A DNA stretch of 64,000 nt from Polymyxa betae A26-41 (Eukaryota; Protista; Endomyxa: Phytomyxea). The translations under genes and the position numbers were made by a program. The stretch spans positions 1 to 64,000 of the forward strand of contig RBZT01000156.1 of NCBI GenBank assembly GCA_003693705.1, written 5' to 3'. Below, piece by piece: positions 21,661 through 34,435 of this stretch. Below the pieces are notes generated by a model. It ran no database searches. It worked only from the letters and a program-made list of their open reading frames with translations, and had not been told where the DNA came from. Positions within the stretch are counted from its first letter, which is position 1, and every line of letters starts with the position of its first letter.

Positions 21661-23707
21661 TCAACAATGACGCTGGTCGGCAGATCGAGGTCTCGGTGCA
21701 CAGCGAATAATATCATCAACGCGAATGATCATTTCAGCCGCTTCATGAGATGATACGAGGACATGATTCTTTACAATGAAGGATTCGATAATGCTTAGCT
21801 CACGAACATCACCAACTTCACCGCGTTCCATATCCAATCCTGCATTTGATTTGCCAGCTTTGTGGGCAGCGCGTAGCTGAGATACAAGCTCAGATGAGTC
21901 ATAGCCCGCGTTATCGGCTAAAACAGTTGGAATAGAACGCAAAGCACGAGCGAATGCTTCAATTGCCAATGCTTCTTTTCCTGGGGTCTTCATAGCTAGT
22001 TCATCCACAGCATTCGCCATTCTCATTTCGGAACAGCCACCGCCCAGAACAGTACGGGATTCGTTAACAGTCTGAGACAGGACACACAATGCATCATGAA
22101 GGGAGCGCTCAGCTTCATCCAATAGGTGGTCAGAAGCACCGCGAAGAACAATTGAGCAGGCTTCGCCTTTAGGAACTCCACTGAACAGAATAACTTTGTC
22201 TTCTCCGATCATTTTTCTGCAAACGGATTCTCAGCAATAATATTCGAAATGCTCAGCGGCAAAAATACTCTTCGATCAGCTTGCAAGTTCCCAAGCGAAC
22301 TTTCTCAGGATGATCAAACGTCGACACAATTTCGGCATCAAGAACAAGCGCCAATCTCTCAATTCCTTCAAAATCGGCGTGCTCAATGGAGGTGACTCCT
22401 ATGACAAATTAATCCAAAGCGAAAAAAGAGAGCCAATCATAGATACCAGCGTCACCAAGAAGGTGCTCAGGGTAATTGTAAATTAGCTGTCGGTTAATAA
22501 ACACGCTAGAAATGGATAAATAAGGAGATTTAAAACTGAATAACATATTACTTGCAACCGTGCGTTAAGATTTTCTCAACTTTAGCTTTCATCTTAGATT
22601 TTTCCGCTTTCTCAATTTCAGCGACCTTATCCATGGAATCGACACGAACCCGAGCGCCATATATCTTAATCTAGAGACACATATCAGCAAAACAATAATT
22701 TCGAAACCGAACAAGCAGAAACCTTATCGGTATCCATTGGCGTGTTGGCCAACAAAATCTTGGCGTTTTCAATACGTTTCTTCTGCCCGACACCGAATTT
22801 CTTGTCCAAAATGAAGCCTGATTCCAGATAAGAATCCTTAAGCTGAGCGCCCTTCTTCTTGACGATCTGAATGCTGTCCAAGTTCGTGGACCCTGTAGGA
22901 GCTTCAATGACCTTGTGTTTGCAAAAATAAAATACCTTACCCTTAAGTCTGAGAACTGCATCAACAGCAATTTCAGCAAAGTGGTCTTTGTTTTGAGTTA
23001 AAATCTTAGAGCTGATCGTAGTCTTGGCGATATTCATCAGGTCCTGGCGGAACATCTCCATATTGTCTTTATGGCTGAGAGCACTGGCTTCGAGCTCCTT
23101 TCTGGCAACAACAATGGCCTTGCGCCATCCTCTAATGATCGTCTGCGGGTGGATTTTCATCTCGATTAATCGTTCAGCTTCTTTAATTAAAGATCCAGCG
23201 AGAACGACCACAGAAGTAGTTCCATCACCGACGTTTGCATCCTAAGAAAATTAATGTAACAATCTAGAATTATAAGAAAGCATTACCTGGGTCTTAGAGA
23301 TGTCAACAAGAATTTTGGCAGCAGCGTTGTCGATTGGCAACGATTTCAAAATTGTGGCACCGTCATTGGTGACAGTCACTTTACCGCTTGCAGGGCCTAA
23401 TACAAGAATAAATTCATAGCAGAACGCTAGGAGAAGCTGTGCCACCTTCTCCAGTCGAGATAAGGATTTTGTCCATCCCCTTAGGACCGAGCGTAGACTT
23501 AACAAGGTCGGCGATCGCAATTGACCCAACAAAGGACGACAGACGAGCGTTCTCGCCGCGGTCCTCTTGAGCACCGCCCTCTTCATTGAAAATCCTTGGT
23601 TCTACCCTCTGAGCCAAGTCCCGTGATCAGAATAGGGATATCGCCGCATCCAACCCTCAAACGTGAAACCAAAGTTAAGAAAACAGCAAAAGTATGATTA
23701 CAGCCAT
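21661..23707 (-). CDS. CCT2: T-complex protein 1 subunit beta (chaperonin CCT2)
   Basis: [91 protein letters not shown]. Several short introns; putative ATG-GCT micro-exon at 23707..23702. Confidence 0.95.
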
Positions 23708-23887
23708 TGCAGGTGATTAGCAGCGTCTCGAGGTTAAGCACGACAAATTAGGATGCGATCGGGATAGAGAGATGAGATTGAGAGCGCATGATGCGAAGAT
23801 GCTGAGCTCCTTGAGTGCGCGCAGCCTTCTTTCTCTCCGTGCTCAACACCAAGCGCACCCAGCCTAAAGATGTTGAACCTTTTTTTA

Positions 23888-24587
23888 TTAATTAGTCGGC
23901 GGTCTACTGTTCGCCAAGATTCCTTCGTCGTCAAACCCTTTCAGAATGGTGTTGATTTCTAGGTGGACGGTCCCAGTTGAAACCGTCTTCTGACGCCAAC
24001 GTTTCTGTGCGCTCATGACGACGTTGGCTTCAGTGTATTGAGGATATCCTCCGACAAATCGAGCTCGGATGTCATCCATTATGGATCCTTGTGGACGAAA
24101 TCCAGGCAGTTCTAGCATGTGTCGGCCTGCAGCAGCCGGAAGATAAGCAAACGCATACCCAGCTGATGTCATATTAATCAGATCTGTTGGGTCACGATTG
24201 GCGTTTTACCGAAATCTACTCGCGATTCCGAATCATGGAAATATATCTCAACTAATATTCTCGGCCAGCCTTGAACGCCGGAACATGAAAACGATACATC
24301 AATTGCATGATTCCAGACGACTACATTTTGATTCTATAAAAGCAATCACATTCTGATTCGATGGGTCTAGATGCTGCATTTACTGGATTCGGCTCTGAAC
24401 TGAACGTTTGACCCTGTATGGATCCTTCTGCTACATGCCAGTGCTCCTTGCCGAAGTCTATCCTGAATTTGGCGAACAATGGACGATTGTTAAACCCGCT
24501 TGCACCGATCAATGTCCCAACCATGTAAACTGCCAAACAAATCTATAAATTTCGCCACGAATTGCAGACACATTGACCTTGCGGCAT
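23888..24587 (-). CDS. B9D2: B9 domain protein 2 (ciliary transition zone, MKS module)
   Basis: MPQ|VYMVGTLIGASGF..LFAKF, GQT, WNHAIDVSFSCSGVQGWPRI, AGYAFAYLP, RARFVGGYPQ, STGTVHLEIN. Confidence 0.85.
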
Positions 24588-24742
24588 TGCAGCAATGCCT
24601 TGAAGTCTCTCTTCGACGAGATTTTGCAAACAGAAGTACTCTATGTGACTGCAATTTATGACTTTGGTGCAACCTCATAGATTGACATGTTTAATTAGCA
24701 TAGGTTCGAACTAAATAAATAAAAGCGAGCAGAAATGCGAAT

Positions 24743-25412
24743 CTATTCCCATTCGTCGCATTCATCCTCATAATCTTGACATCCCTCGACAAGATCAATT
24801 TCGTTTTCAGATTCCGACGATTCGCGTCTATTCCAATCTTCGGCCTTAGCATTGACCATATTCTCATCGTTCAACGCAGACCACTTTCTTTTCACTCCTT
24901 GAGCGGTTTCTTCTTCCGAACCAGCTCGTTTTGAAACGGCTGTTTTCGCTCCTCCAGACTTTAGCATTTCAAGGAAAGCGTTTTTAGACAGATTCTTGAT
25001 ATCATTCGCTTGCTTCTTTGTGTTAGCGACAGCTCCAGCGCTGACCTTCTGGTGAGTTTTAACGGCATTGAACAAGGTCACGACTAATATGAGTAAGACA
25101 ATACAGTATGAAATAGATAAAACAAAGCAGCTGACCTCCTTTAGTCGCAGTTTTCAATAGAGAACGCTCCAGGGCAGCATCGGTCGTGATATTAATATCG
25201 CCAACGTGTTCCTTCAATCGTAGCTCTTTCTTTAACTTGCGCTCTCTCCGATTTACACGTTGCTCTCGGCGTTCTTTGGCATGTTGTAGAGCAAGCTTCT
25301 TATCAACAAATGACTCCTCAATCCGTTCTGGTTTATGCGTCAGAATCGAAGACAGAGCAGCTCCAAAGGCCGATCGAGCAGCGCCATCTGATTTCAGAGC
25401 TGTTTCTGACAT
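24743..25412 (-). CDS. RRP15: RRP15-like ribosome biogenesis protein
   Basis: Spliced ERSLLKTATKG|VVTLFNAVKTHQK is the Rrp15 core motif. Also LSKNAFLEMLK and an acidic C-terminus. Confidence 0.85.
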
Positions 25413-25705
25413 TTTAGCAACTCTGGCTTTTCCCAGCCCTGATTGATCCCGGACGGATTTTACGCAGTCCGAGAAAGCAACACCTTTTTCCTGGATTGCA
25501 AAATTAGATTATGTCTCAAATGTCGTTCCTTTTAAAAATTCGAATTTCCTTTAGTGAAAGACAAAGGATTATAACCAGGACTGTTTTTGTTTTTGATTAT
25601 CGATTGTTGCACTTCGAACAGTTAGGTTTATTTTGCTTGAATTGATTAAAACTGTCTGCTTGAAATGTTTCTCAAATTACAGTATCATATCCTGTGGAAA
25701 TGAAT

Positions 25706-26768
25706 TCAGCAGCATTCATCATAGCCGCATAATTTAGTAATCTCGGCTTCTCTTCGAGCATAAAGTTGCTCAATAAATATATCGATTCGTTTTTGGCTTT
25801 GTGCACTCCTGTTAATCTGATTCTGCTTGGTTATGTATGGCCTACTGATTTGGTATTCTAACAGAGCTCGAATAAACCAACTAAGCGTTAGCTCTGGCCA
25901 CATAACTGGAAAGAAGCATAGACAGGCATTTCTTAATTGCCAGAGCATAAAATCGCTCAACCTATACGATCACGTTATCGTTATCACTCGAAACCAGCAG
26001 GAAATGAGACCGACCTATTCTCTCCCGATGTTCTGACGAACATGTCAGGGAGATGACAATCTCCCATTAAAAGACATTGCTGGATTAAACCATCGTCAAC
26101 ATCCCTGCAGAATGATGTCATAATGAATCCAGTATTGTATACGTAGCATCACCCTGGAAGGAGCATTCCGCTTTTAACGCCTTCCCGAATGATACTCCCA
26201 ACACAATTGATTTCCAGTTCAGACGAATAGGCAAAATATATGTTGAGGATGGTTCCTGTGTTGTGCCGCGACGACTCCATTGCTCGAGCCATCATTGTTC
26301 TTAAGGCCTCTGGGACCAGATTCAAATCGCCAAGAATTCGCAGGCGAGCATTATATTTTTTCAGCGCGTCGCTTAACATATTTAAGCACCTAAATCTAAA
26401 ACAGTTCTTCTTTCTTTACCCTTCCATTAGCATCTGGAATTTCTCCAAACAAAGCTTGAATAAACCGTTAACTTCTTTTGCCGGGCGTTGGAAGTTGTCA
26501 ACACTAAACGCAAAAGCAGAAATGACTTCGATCCCGACTTCATAACACCATTCTAGCACAGATTCGAGCATCAATGAGCCCTAGCAAACCGATCAGCACA
26601 GGATGGCGAGCTGAGACAGAAACCAAGGCTGACTTTAACGTGACCATGGGTAGGTTCTTGATCCAGTTTCCGAGCGAATCTCCTGTTCCCGTCCATGACG
26701 AAAACGATATGCTTCGGGTATCCTCCTTGCTTGATAGCATAGAGAAGACACTTCTGCCAAAATCTCAT
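25706..26768 (-). CDS. DHDDS: cis-prenyltransferase (dehydrodolichyl diphosphate synthase, RER2/DHDDS)
   Basis: [55 protein letters not shown] across several exons. Confidence 0.9.
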
Positions 26769-27179
26769 ATGGCTTTTGAGGATTGAGCTCGATTACTCGA
26801 GCGACGCACAAATGGTTGCGCCTTGTTGGCCTCATTGACCAGGCTTTTCTGCTTCTTTATTGTCGCTTAATCTGGCCTGACAAGCACTTCTGCTGCTTAT
26901 GCTTTACAGGAAATTAGGAAAACTCTGCATTCAAATAAAATATCCTTCTGAATTTTGACACAGAAAAACTCATCTGAAAATATTAATGAGAATTTATGGT
27001 ATTGTTAAGTCAAGTACTGGCGTTTCAGATCAAAATGGCTTTTAATAGAACGATTTGAAAATTAAAAACGAGGTCATGTGAAGGTCGAGATAGAACTTTG
27101 ACCGGCGGAGCCTGACTGCTGTTTCATTGTGTCGGTCTCGAACTTCCGAGATCATTCTATCCTTATCGCTCTATCAGCG

Positions 27180-28166
27180 ATGGTCGTGCGAGGCTTGTCC
27201 GATCTTGAGAACCAGAGCGCCAACTCCCAGAGCTCGCATAATGGCGCCGCTGCGCGGGCAATGCCCATGGGCCAGCTGCTTCCACCGATCTCTGAAATCC
27301 TGTTCCCGGATATGCGACTGCGATCGTTTATTGGAATAATAACGCTGGTCGATATTGCTGCTTTTATCATAACCTTATTCGTCGGGCAATTCGCTTTCGA
27401 TGGCGCTTTCGTAAAAGAAAATGACAACGTTGGGCCTAGCACCAAGACGTTGTCAGCTGTTGGAGGAATGAACACGTATTTGATTGTAAAACGCTTTCAG
27501 CTTTGGCGATATGTCATCCCCGTTATTTTGCATGCTGGTCTAAAGCATATCGGATTCAACCTTTTCTTCCAATGTTCGATTGGGTTTCGCTACGAGACTT
27601 TATGGGGATTCAAGCGTATGGCCATAATCTATTGGCTTGGTGGCATATCCGGCACTGTGCTGTCAGCTTTGCTGAGCGGTAAATGACCTCGTTTGTTTAT
27701 TATGGTTCCCATCTTGATGCTGGAAATTAGGAGCAAATGTCATTAGTGTTGGTGCTAGTGGTGCCTTAATGGGCTTACTTGGTGCTATTGTTGCTTATAT
27801 TGCGTTCAACTGGTCTGAACTGCCTGACGCCCCTCAGGTCTATCAATTTGATCCTTTGATGATGCAATACTAAAGTTTCTTTTAGAGAATGTGCAATGTC
27901 GTTATGCTTCTCTTTCTGAACGCGATTTATGGTGTTAGCTCAGCTGGAATTGATAACTGGGCCCATCTTGGTAATAGTTTGACCCTGCCAAATTCCTTGA
28001 TTGATTTATTATTACAGGTGGTGTTATCGGCGGCGGGCTTGCTGGCAGTGCATTAACGAAAAAGCTTTCTATGACGCCGACACAGAAAACCATTAAAACT
28101 GGTTGTGGCATTGCCTTGTGCCTTTACTTTATTATCTGTCTGGCTGTCACATTTACATCTTCCTAA
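27180..28166 (+). CDS. Rhomboid intramembrane serine protease (active, ROM1-like)
   Basis: QLWRYVIPVILHAGLKHIGFNLFFQ, SVGASGALMG (catalytic GxSG), DNWAHLG|GVIGG (catalytic His). Three introns; stop TAA 28164..28166. Confidence 0.9.
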
Positions 28167-28261
28167 TAAACCGGAGTAATTATTGTCGTTAAATCTGGGG
28201 CAAACCTGTCAATAAGTCGATTTAGGTACTTTCCGAATTTGCGATCAAAGTTGGTATCTGT

Positions 28262-29900
28262 TTATGATTTCTCTGCAGTTGTATACAACTGCCGTACAGC
28301 CAGAATGGCCTCAATCAAAATCAAACCATTACTAAAGCTGGATACAAGGCTCATGAAATAATAGAAGTTAGCGTTAGCTGAGCCTAATTCAATCCACATA
28401 TGCCAAATGAGATTGCTCATTGCAAACGAGATTATTAGCGGAACGTAAACAGGAAAGAGGCTTCGCATGCCTTATGGCAAATCAGCAATAATTGTATAAC
28501 ATTTGTGCCAGCACTTACGTTTAAGAATGCCCCATTGCATGATCAGCAGTGTGTAAACTAATCCGTAATCGCCGAATACAGGATAGGGCTTCAACATTGC
28601 AATCAGATGCAAGAGAGTGTACATCAGAAACAGGGGATTATGCCACAAGCGTATTGACAAAGGCAGGACATAGACGAATATCTGAGTTAGAACACATTTA
28701 GATAAACATTTTAAAGTGCATCGACTTTCCTCACTTGAGCATGGAAGCATATAAGAAAAAATAACCTGAATCGAGGAAATACTTCTGTTACAAAATACCA
28801 AAAAATCCCAATGTTTGGCGTCAGGTCCTTCACTCCAAAGACATATTGATATGTATGTATAATCCACTCCCAAGATCTGTCACACAATTAAGATTCAGAA
28901 GCGTTTGCTACGAACATTTTGGAATTACCCAGTTGAGGCCCATGATATGAGCATTAGAAATGATAAAAATACAAAAAACAGACTAATGAAGGAAATTGTG
29001 GCACAATTAAAGGAGAACTGTATACTCTCTCCTGGTTCGTCTTTGCCTTCACCAGAAGTCTGCAAGCTGTTGTTATGATCAGAGTCGACTGCGCTAGCGA
29101 TTATAGACTGGCTGGAAAAAATGATCACAGTCAATGGGATCATCAACACCACATTGAGCAGATTCAAATAAACTGCAACGGATATGGCAAGAGCCGATGT
29201 CACAGGACGACCTGATTTCGGAAGTAAGACCAAAGATATGAGAATAGCAACGCCTACCATTGAAGGCGAGGTATACTGACAGCACAACAGATAAATGTGT
29301 CAGTGAGGTAGTAGAAAGACTGACACAAGACAGAACCGTCAAAGGATTAAAAAGATACCTAAGCAAAGATGATGAATGAAATCTCATTAAGCAGCTGGTC
29401 ACTCACAGCCGAACTGCGATACTTTCAAGCCCGGTATCGTCATTAAGAGTACTCTTGCGATCTGGAATACTAAAATAAATTGAATTGTAATTCAAGGATA
29501 AAACACAAACATTTACCTGAGAGCTAAGGGAAACCGGCTCAGACGGTTCTTTAAAGTTATGTCATAGATCAGGAAAGCGATTATTAAGTCGATTATGATT
29601 GGTACGGCTCTTAGCAAAGCAAACGATTTGGTTGAATTCAATAGCCAAAACCATAAAAATACGAGCGGCGGCTGATGAAATAAATTGCCTTCATAGATCG
29701 AATGATGGTGTTCTTTTAGAAATAACGCTTCAACAACTTGAGATTACACCTCAGTTCAATTCGTCAATGTACCCTTCAATGTTCATACCTCTGCTATGGC
29801 TGGCCGTCGGGCCTGCAAACTCGATGGGCGGGTCGTTCTCGTACGTGGCCAATAGCACGATTCGAAGAGCTGCAGCTAGGATGAACTCTGCCCATAGCAT
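28262..29900 (-). CDS. PIGU: GPI transamidase subunit PIG-U (GAB1/CDC91)
   Basis: YLFNPLTVLSC, LTPNIGIFWYFVTEVFPRF, MLKPYPVFGDYGL, WHMWIELGSANANFYY. Multi-exon membrane protein. Confidence 0.88.
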
Positions 29901-30030
29901 ATCGCTTAGCGTTGTGTAACATGGTAAAGAATAGCGCCGGGTTTAGGCCCATGATGGGGTGATGGGGTAATAATAAGATATGCTCTTTATCAATATTGTC
30001 ATAGGTTTATTGTTTGACCAGGACCAAAGC

Positions 30031-31322
30031 CTATCGTACAAGACTAGATCTCGTTGTTCCTTGGCAGAGCTTCTGGTTTTCCTCTGAAGACAACGGCAAA
30101 ACAACCGGCAGTTGTTGGATCAGATCGCGCTGTCCTTGAAATAGCTCAGCGATTCTGGCCCTGCCTTGCCTGATCTGATTATTGCAGCAGTCGGCGCCCT
30201 TTAGCGACATGACGGTTGCAATGAATTCGTCGTAAACGACCGAGTCCTCAGAATACCGTTCCTATAATAAGTTGGCATCACTCAAAAAAAAGTGGACAAG
30301 CCTTACAGCGACTTTGGAGACAAAGTTAAAAGCAATCTGGAAATTAATCGGTCCCTCTTTTCGTATCTGGTTGTCGCCACCACTGTCAACCAAGAGCAAC
30401 TCTTTATAAATTATCTCGGCTCTACATTCTTCCAATCCATGATTACAATCTGTTGATCTCCTCCTGATGGTTTCTTCTCTATCCAAAGGATCAATATTTG
30501 CCGATTGATTGTCTGTATCCGAATTGCAGGCCATTGTAGGCTGGATTACATAATCACGAGCAAATGCATTCTGAATGCTGTCACCGACTTCTGTCATTGC
30601 TTTAAGGGTTTTGTTATGAAGATCGATACCCTCAACGTGCTTAACCGTCGAGTACTATATAGGTGATACTGAAGGATCGTTTGTATGAGCTCGATCTCTA
30701 GCTCGACCCTGGACGTTAATACAAGGTGGATCGACGGTGCATTCGTTCCTTGTGTAATATAGTACAGGCTTTCATTAATCGTTGATTCAGCGGATAGCAG
30801 CACCGATTTGACTGTTGCAGAGCTTGCAAACGGATCGGACGCATCTGGCAGATTGATTTAATACCTCATAATTAACGATCGGCAAAAATGGAGGAAGACT
30901 GGATGAATCATCCCCGACCCCGATTATCTGACTCTCGATTCTCACATTGGCCTTCAGCGCTAATGGTGTCCGCATTCGTTTGCTGAGAGCCTGTTGTTCC
31001 ACGTCCGACAGAAATATAAAGCAGTACGACCAAAGGCAGCAGTTTTGTAGCGACGTCGAGACAGTATAAAAACCCAACAAGATTGTGGCTGCTGTAAACA
31101 CCAGAAATTTCGATTGGGACCAGATGAACTGAGCGACCTGCGTCCGGGTTTCAGCTTCTTCGATAACCTGGCTCAGGTTCGTGATATCCTATGGAACTGA
31201 ATGCATTTCATTAACGACAACAGCATCCATCCTGCCAAGAACTTTAATGCAAAATAGAATACAGGTTGATGCCAATGGACATATCGCTTCTGAATGGATT
31301 TCAGAATCGAATCGAATGGCAT
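30031..31322 (-). CDS. Hypothetical multi-exon protein with an N-terminal hydrophobic segment
   Basis: Successive minus-strand ORFs (30787..31101, 30594..30803, 30262..30597) joined by plausible ~50-nt GT-AG introns. No family recognised; ends uncertain. Confidence 0.45.
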
Positions 31323-32166
31323 GTCGGTGCATCGCGATCGCGTCTCTCACAGCGTTTACGATTTTCTAAAAAAACTTCATAATCCTTGATCTTTTCGTTT
31401 ATTTATGGACCAAATATCTATTCTTCTAAATAGAAAACTAGAATCCCTATTTATGAAATGGAATAATAAATGGCTTGATTTCGTCCCCAAATCTATCCCC
31501 TGATTGATATTGCCGACTGCTGATCCTCAATCGGGCGTAAACCCGTCGCGACTCTGGATTTTCAGAAATGGACGGCCCAATATAAATCTCGGCCAACGTT
31601 AGAATTACAGAAACAACTGGCGGACCAATTCGAGGTTAATTCCATTGTGGTCTGCAATTGGGACCATAAACACTCATTTCCCCATTGGACAAGAGGTGAG
31701 CAAACGTGATATGCTCAAATTTTTCAATCAAAAAAAAAATCATGCCTTCAATTTACTTTGACTGTTGAAATCATCACGAGTTTCTCTGTTATGCGCTAAT
31801 GGCCAGCGCCCTGCAGAGCCGAAGGCGCCAGCAACAACAACGAGATGTCTTGCCATGGCAATGGTCAGGAAAACCGCCCTGCTTAAGTCCTGTGATGACG
31901 TTCGGGCGTCCTGTTCGGTGATTGGTTTGTTGTATTATGAATATGACCGGTTGATGGCTGCAACTGCAGTATGTGTAATGTGAGCAGCTGCAACCAGTAA
32001 CTTCCTTCTATTATTCCAGAAAAGTCCTCTATCCTCTTATCTACCCTGAAAACCATCAGGTAGCAGCAAGACAGGCGAGGGTGAGTCATCTGCTGCACGT
32101 GCCGTCCCTGTTCGTCTGGATCAAGTTCTGAACACGCCCAGACGAGAACCGGCCTGAATCCAGCTC

Positions 32167-32973
32167 ATGCGCGAGGCCAGACTTGTACATACGTACAAGG
32201 AACCATGGCATCTCGTCGTTCAGGCGTACCAGAAGCGATTCGAGAAGTTACCACATCCCAAGATTCCGGCTTTGGTTGAAGCCGTTTTCGAGAATTTTAT
32301 TTGGGACCCGAAGGAGCAGGAGCTGTCATGGGTAGTTTTGGGCAAGATCGACGTCCCGATACCCAACTGGGTGAAAAAATTAACAGGATGCAACCACTGT
32401 GTATTTCGAACGATGAATATTCTGAATTTCGCCAAGCGAACGCTGTCGATCAAGATTACGAACGACGATTTCAGGCACATTGCTGTGGTCGAAGAAAATA
32501 ATTGTTTTCGTGTTCATCCAGATAATGACCAATGGACTGAATACGAGCAAGTTTCACGACTAACGATTAGGTCTTTGTTGGGAATGCAATCCCAGGTTGA
32601 AGGGATTGTCATGCGATCGTATTCCGAGGTCGATTTTGCCTTCGAGCTTCGGCAATTTTCTTATTGTTAAGTATAGAATTACGAGGCTGGTCGAGAAGTC
32701 GATAACGATTTTATTCAAAGTTTGCTGAAGCTTGAACATCTTCCCAGGAGGGGTTACCTAGAAGGTATCGCTGCTGAGCGTGCTGTTCATACTGGCCCCA
32801 TCCCATATACCCACATCGAGCATTCGGTGACGTCAACGCCTGTTGTAACCGCCTTGAGACATCTTGCTAGCAAATCCGATCCATCAAAAGAATTCGTCAA
32901 GCTGGAGACCGATTCTTCCTCTGTTGATCTGGAGCTTTCAGCTTCAAGAGCGGCTGGCCAGTCTTTGACATAA
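32167..32973 (+). CDS. PRELI/MSF1-domain lipid-transfer protein (PRELID2 / SEC14L1 N-terminus-like)
   Basis: VHTYKEPWHLVVQAYQKRF..HPKIP, PNWVKKLTG, RTLSIKITN, FRVHPDNDQWTEYEQ. One intron near 32629..32676. Confidence 0.8.
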
Positions 32974-33023
32974 TTAGTATTATTATTTAGTAAAGCCATA
33001 TCACCGATGATGATTATTTGATA

Positions 33024-34249
33024 TCATAATGGGGGAAGATCCGGGTTTAGCAATTCACAGAGAAAGCGATTTGTGATGTTGCTACAGCTAGCCTCCATAG
33101 AAGTTAGGGCATATTTCAGTCCAATATTTCTAATGATGTGCAGCTGACTTTGTAGAATTAAATATGCAGTAAAGGCGTCTTTCTTGATGGTTTCACTAGA
33201 ACCGTTCTGCGAAAGTTGTAGAAAGCGAAATTCGACTACCTTGAGTTCTGAGATCCAGTAATACAACGCCGGATGCTGGAAATTATCGATTCTCATGCAT
33301 GCTTGAAAGTATCGATTCAGAATGGACAAATTCGGTACATTACTTTGAACTGCAATCCTGCAAATCACAATCAGTTTGACTGGAAAAGGATAAAGGTGAC
33401 GATTACCGGTTCGAAGGAGCATATCGGACAGGGTAGAATTCTGCTAACACATTATCAATGCTTCGTAATCGCCTGATATCTGTATTAGCTTGGTTCCAGG
33501 CTACAAACAAGCTCTCGGCTAATTGCTCGATGCGAGCCCTTTCGAACTGGAGCTCAGTCTTAGAAACGATGGCCATCTCGACAAAGCTTGAATGCTGGCA
33601 TGGTGTGAGTCGCTTACAGGGGCTCTCTGTTCTCGTACATAGATTGAACTCGGTTGTGGTAGGAAGCTGTTTGATGAATAATGTATCGGGACGGGATTTA
33701 TTCGCTATCCATTCTATAGTGCTATTTAGTGGGATTATAGCAGCTAGGAATGCAGCGAGAATGTCGCTTGGAACGAGCATTCGCGTTGACGACATTGGAC
33801 GGCGGACGATATCATAGACGCCTTCCTCAAGGTCTGTCCTGCTCATTTCCGGATTCATTCTGGGCAGCCATCGCTTGCAGATGTCGAATCGTCGAATGAC
33901 TTCTTGACCTATGTGGAAATCAGTCCTTATGGCATCTAGCTATCCATTGGGTTTCACTTTTAGATTGGCTAATTCTGCAGCATGTTCGATGAAGGTGGAC
34001 CATGAGAGAAGTTGGCGAATTCCACAAAGAAGAATTTAGGGCCCATTCAAAATCTAGATCGGCGTCTTTCTCTGTCATTCCAACCTCGCAATCCCATTTC
34101 TTGGCCAGAGTCAGATCCAGGCCAGAATCGAATTTAAGCATTTGTGATTCTATAACGTCTCACTTTTTGGTTTTTACCAATTCCGGTTTCTCACCTGGTG
34201 GTTCCGGTTGGGATCGATGGACGCTCTCCATCGCGAACGATTGGGACAT
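33024..34249 (-). CDS. Hypothetical protein, C-terminus weakly VPS9 (Rab5 GEF)-like
   Basis: Spliceable minus-strand ORFs from ATG 34249. IAVQSNVPNL and YALTSMEASCSNI loosely resemble VPS9 motifs; the family call is tentative. Confidence 0.4.
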
Positions 34250-34435
34250 GGCAAGATGAATTTTCTGGATAATATCTTAAGAACAGAAGATATTATTGAT
34301 TCTCTAGGGCAGGGAAAAGATATGCAACAACAACAATAGATTGATTTGCAGAATTAAGATGAACATCCAGGCGTCTATATTGTAGGCCTAAATCAGTTTA
34401 ATATAGATACATTTTATCGTTTATTTCAAATATAT

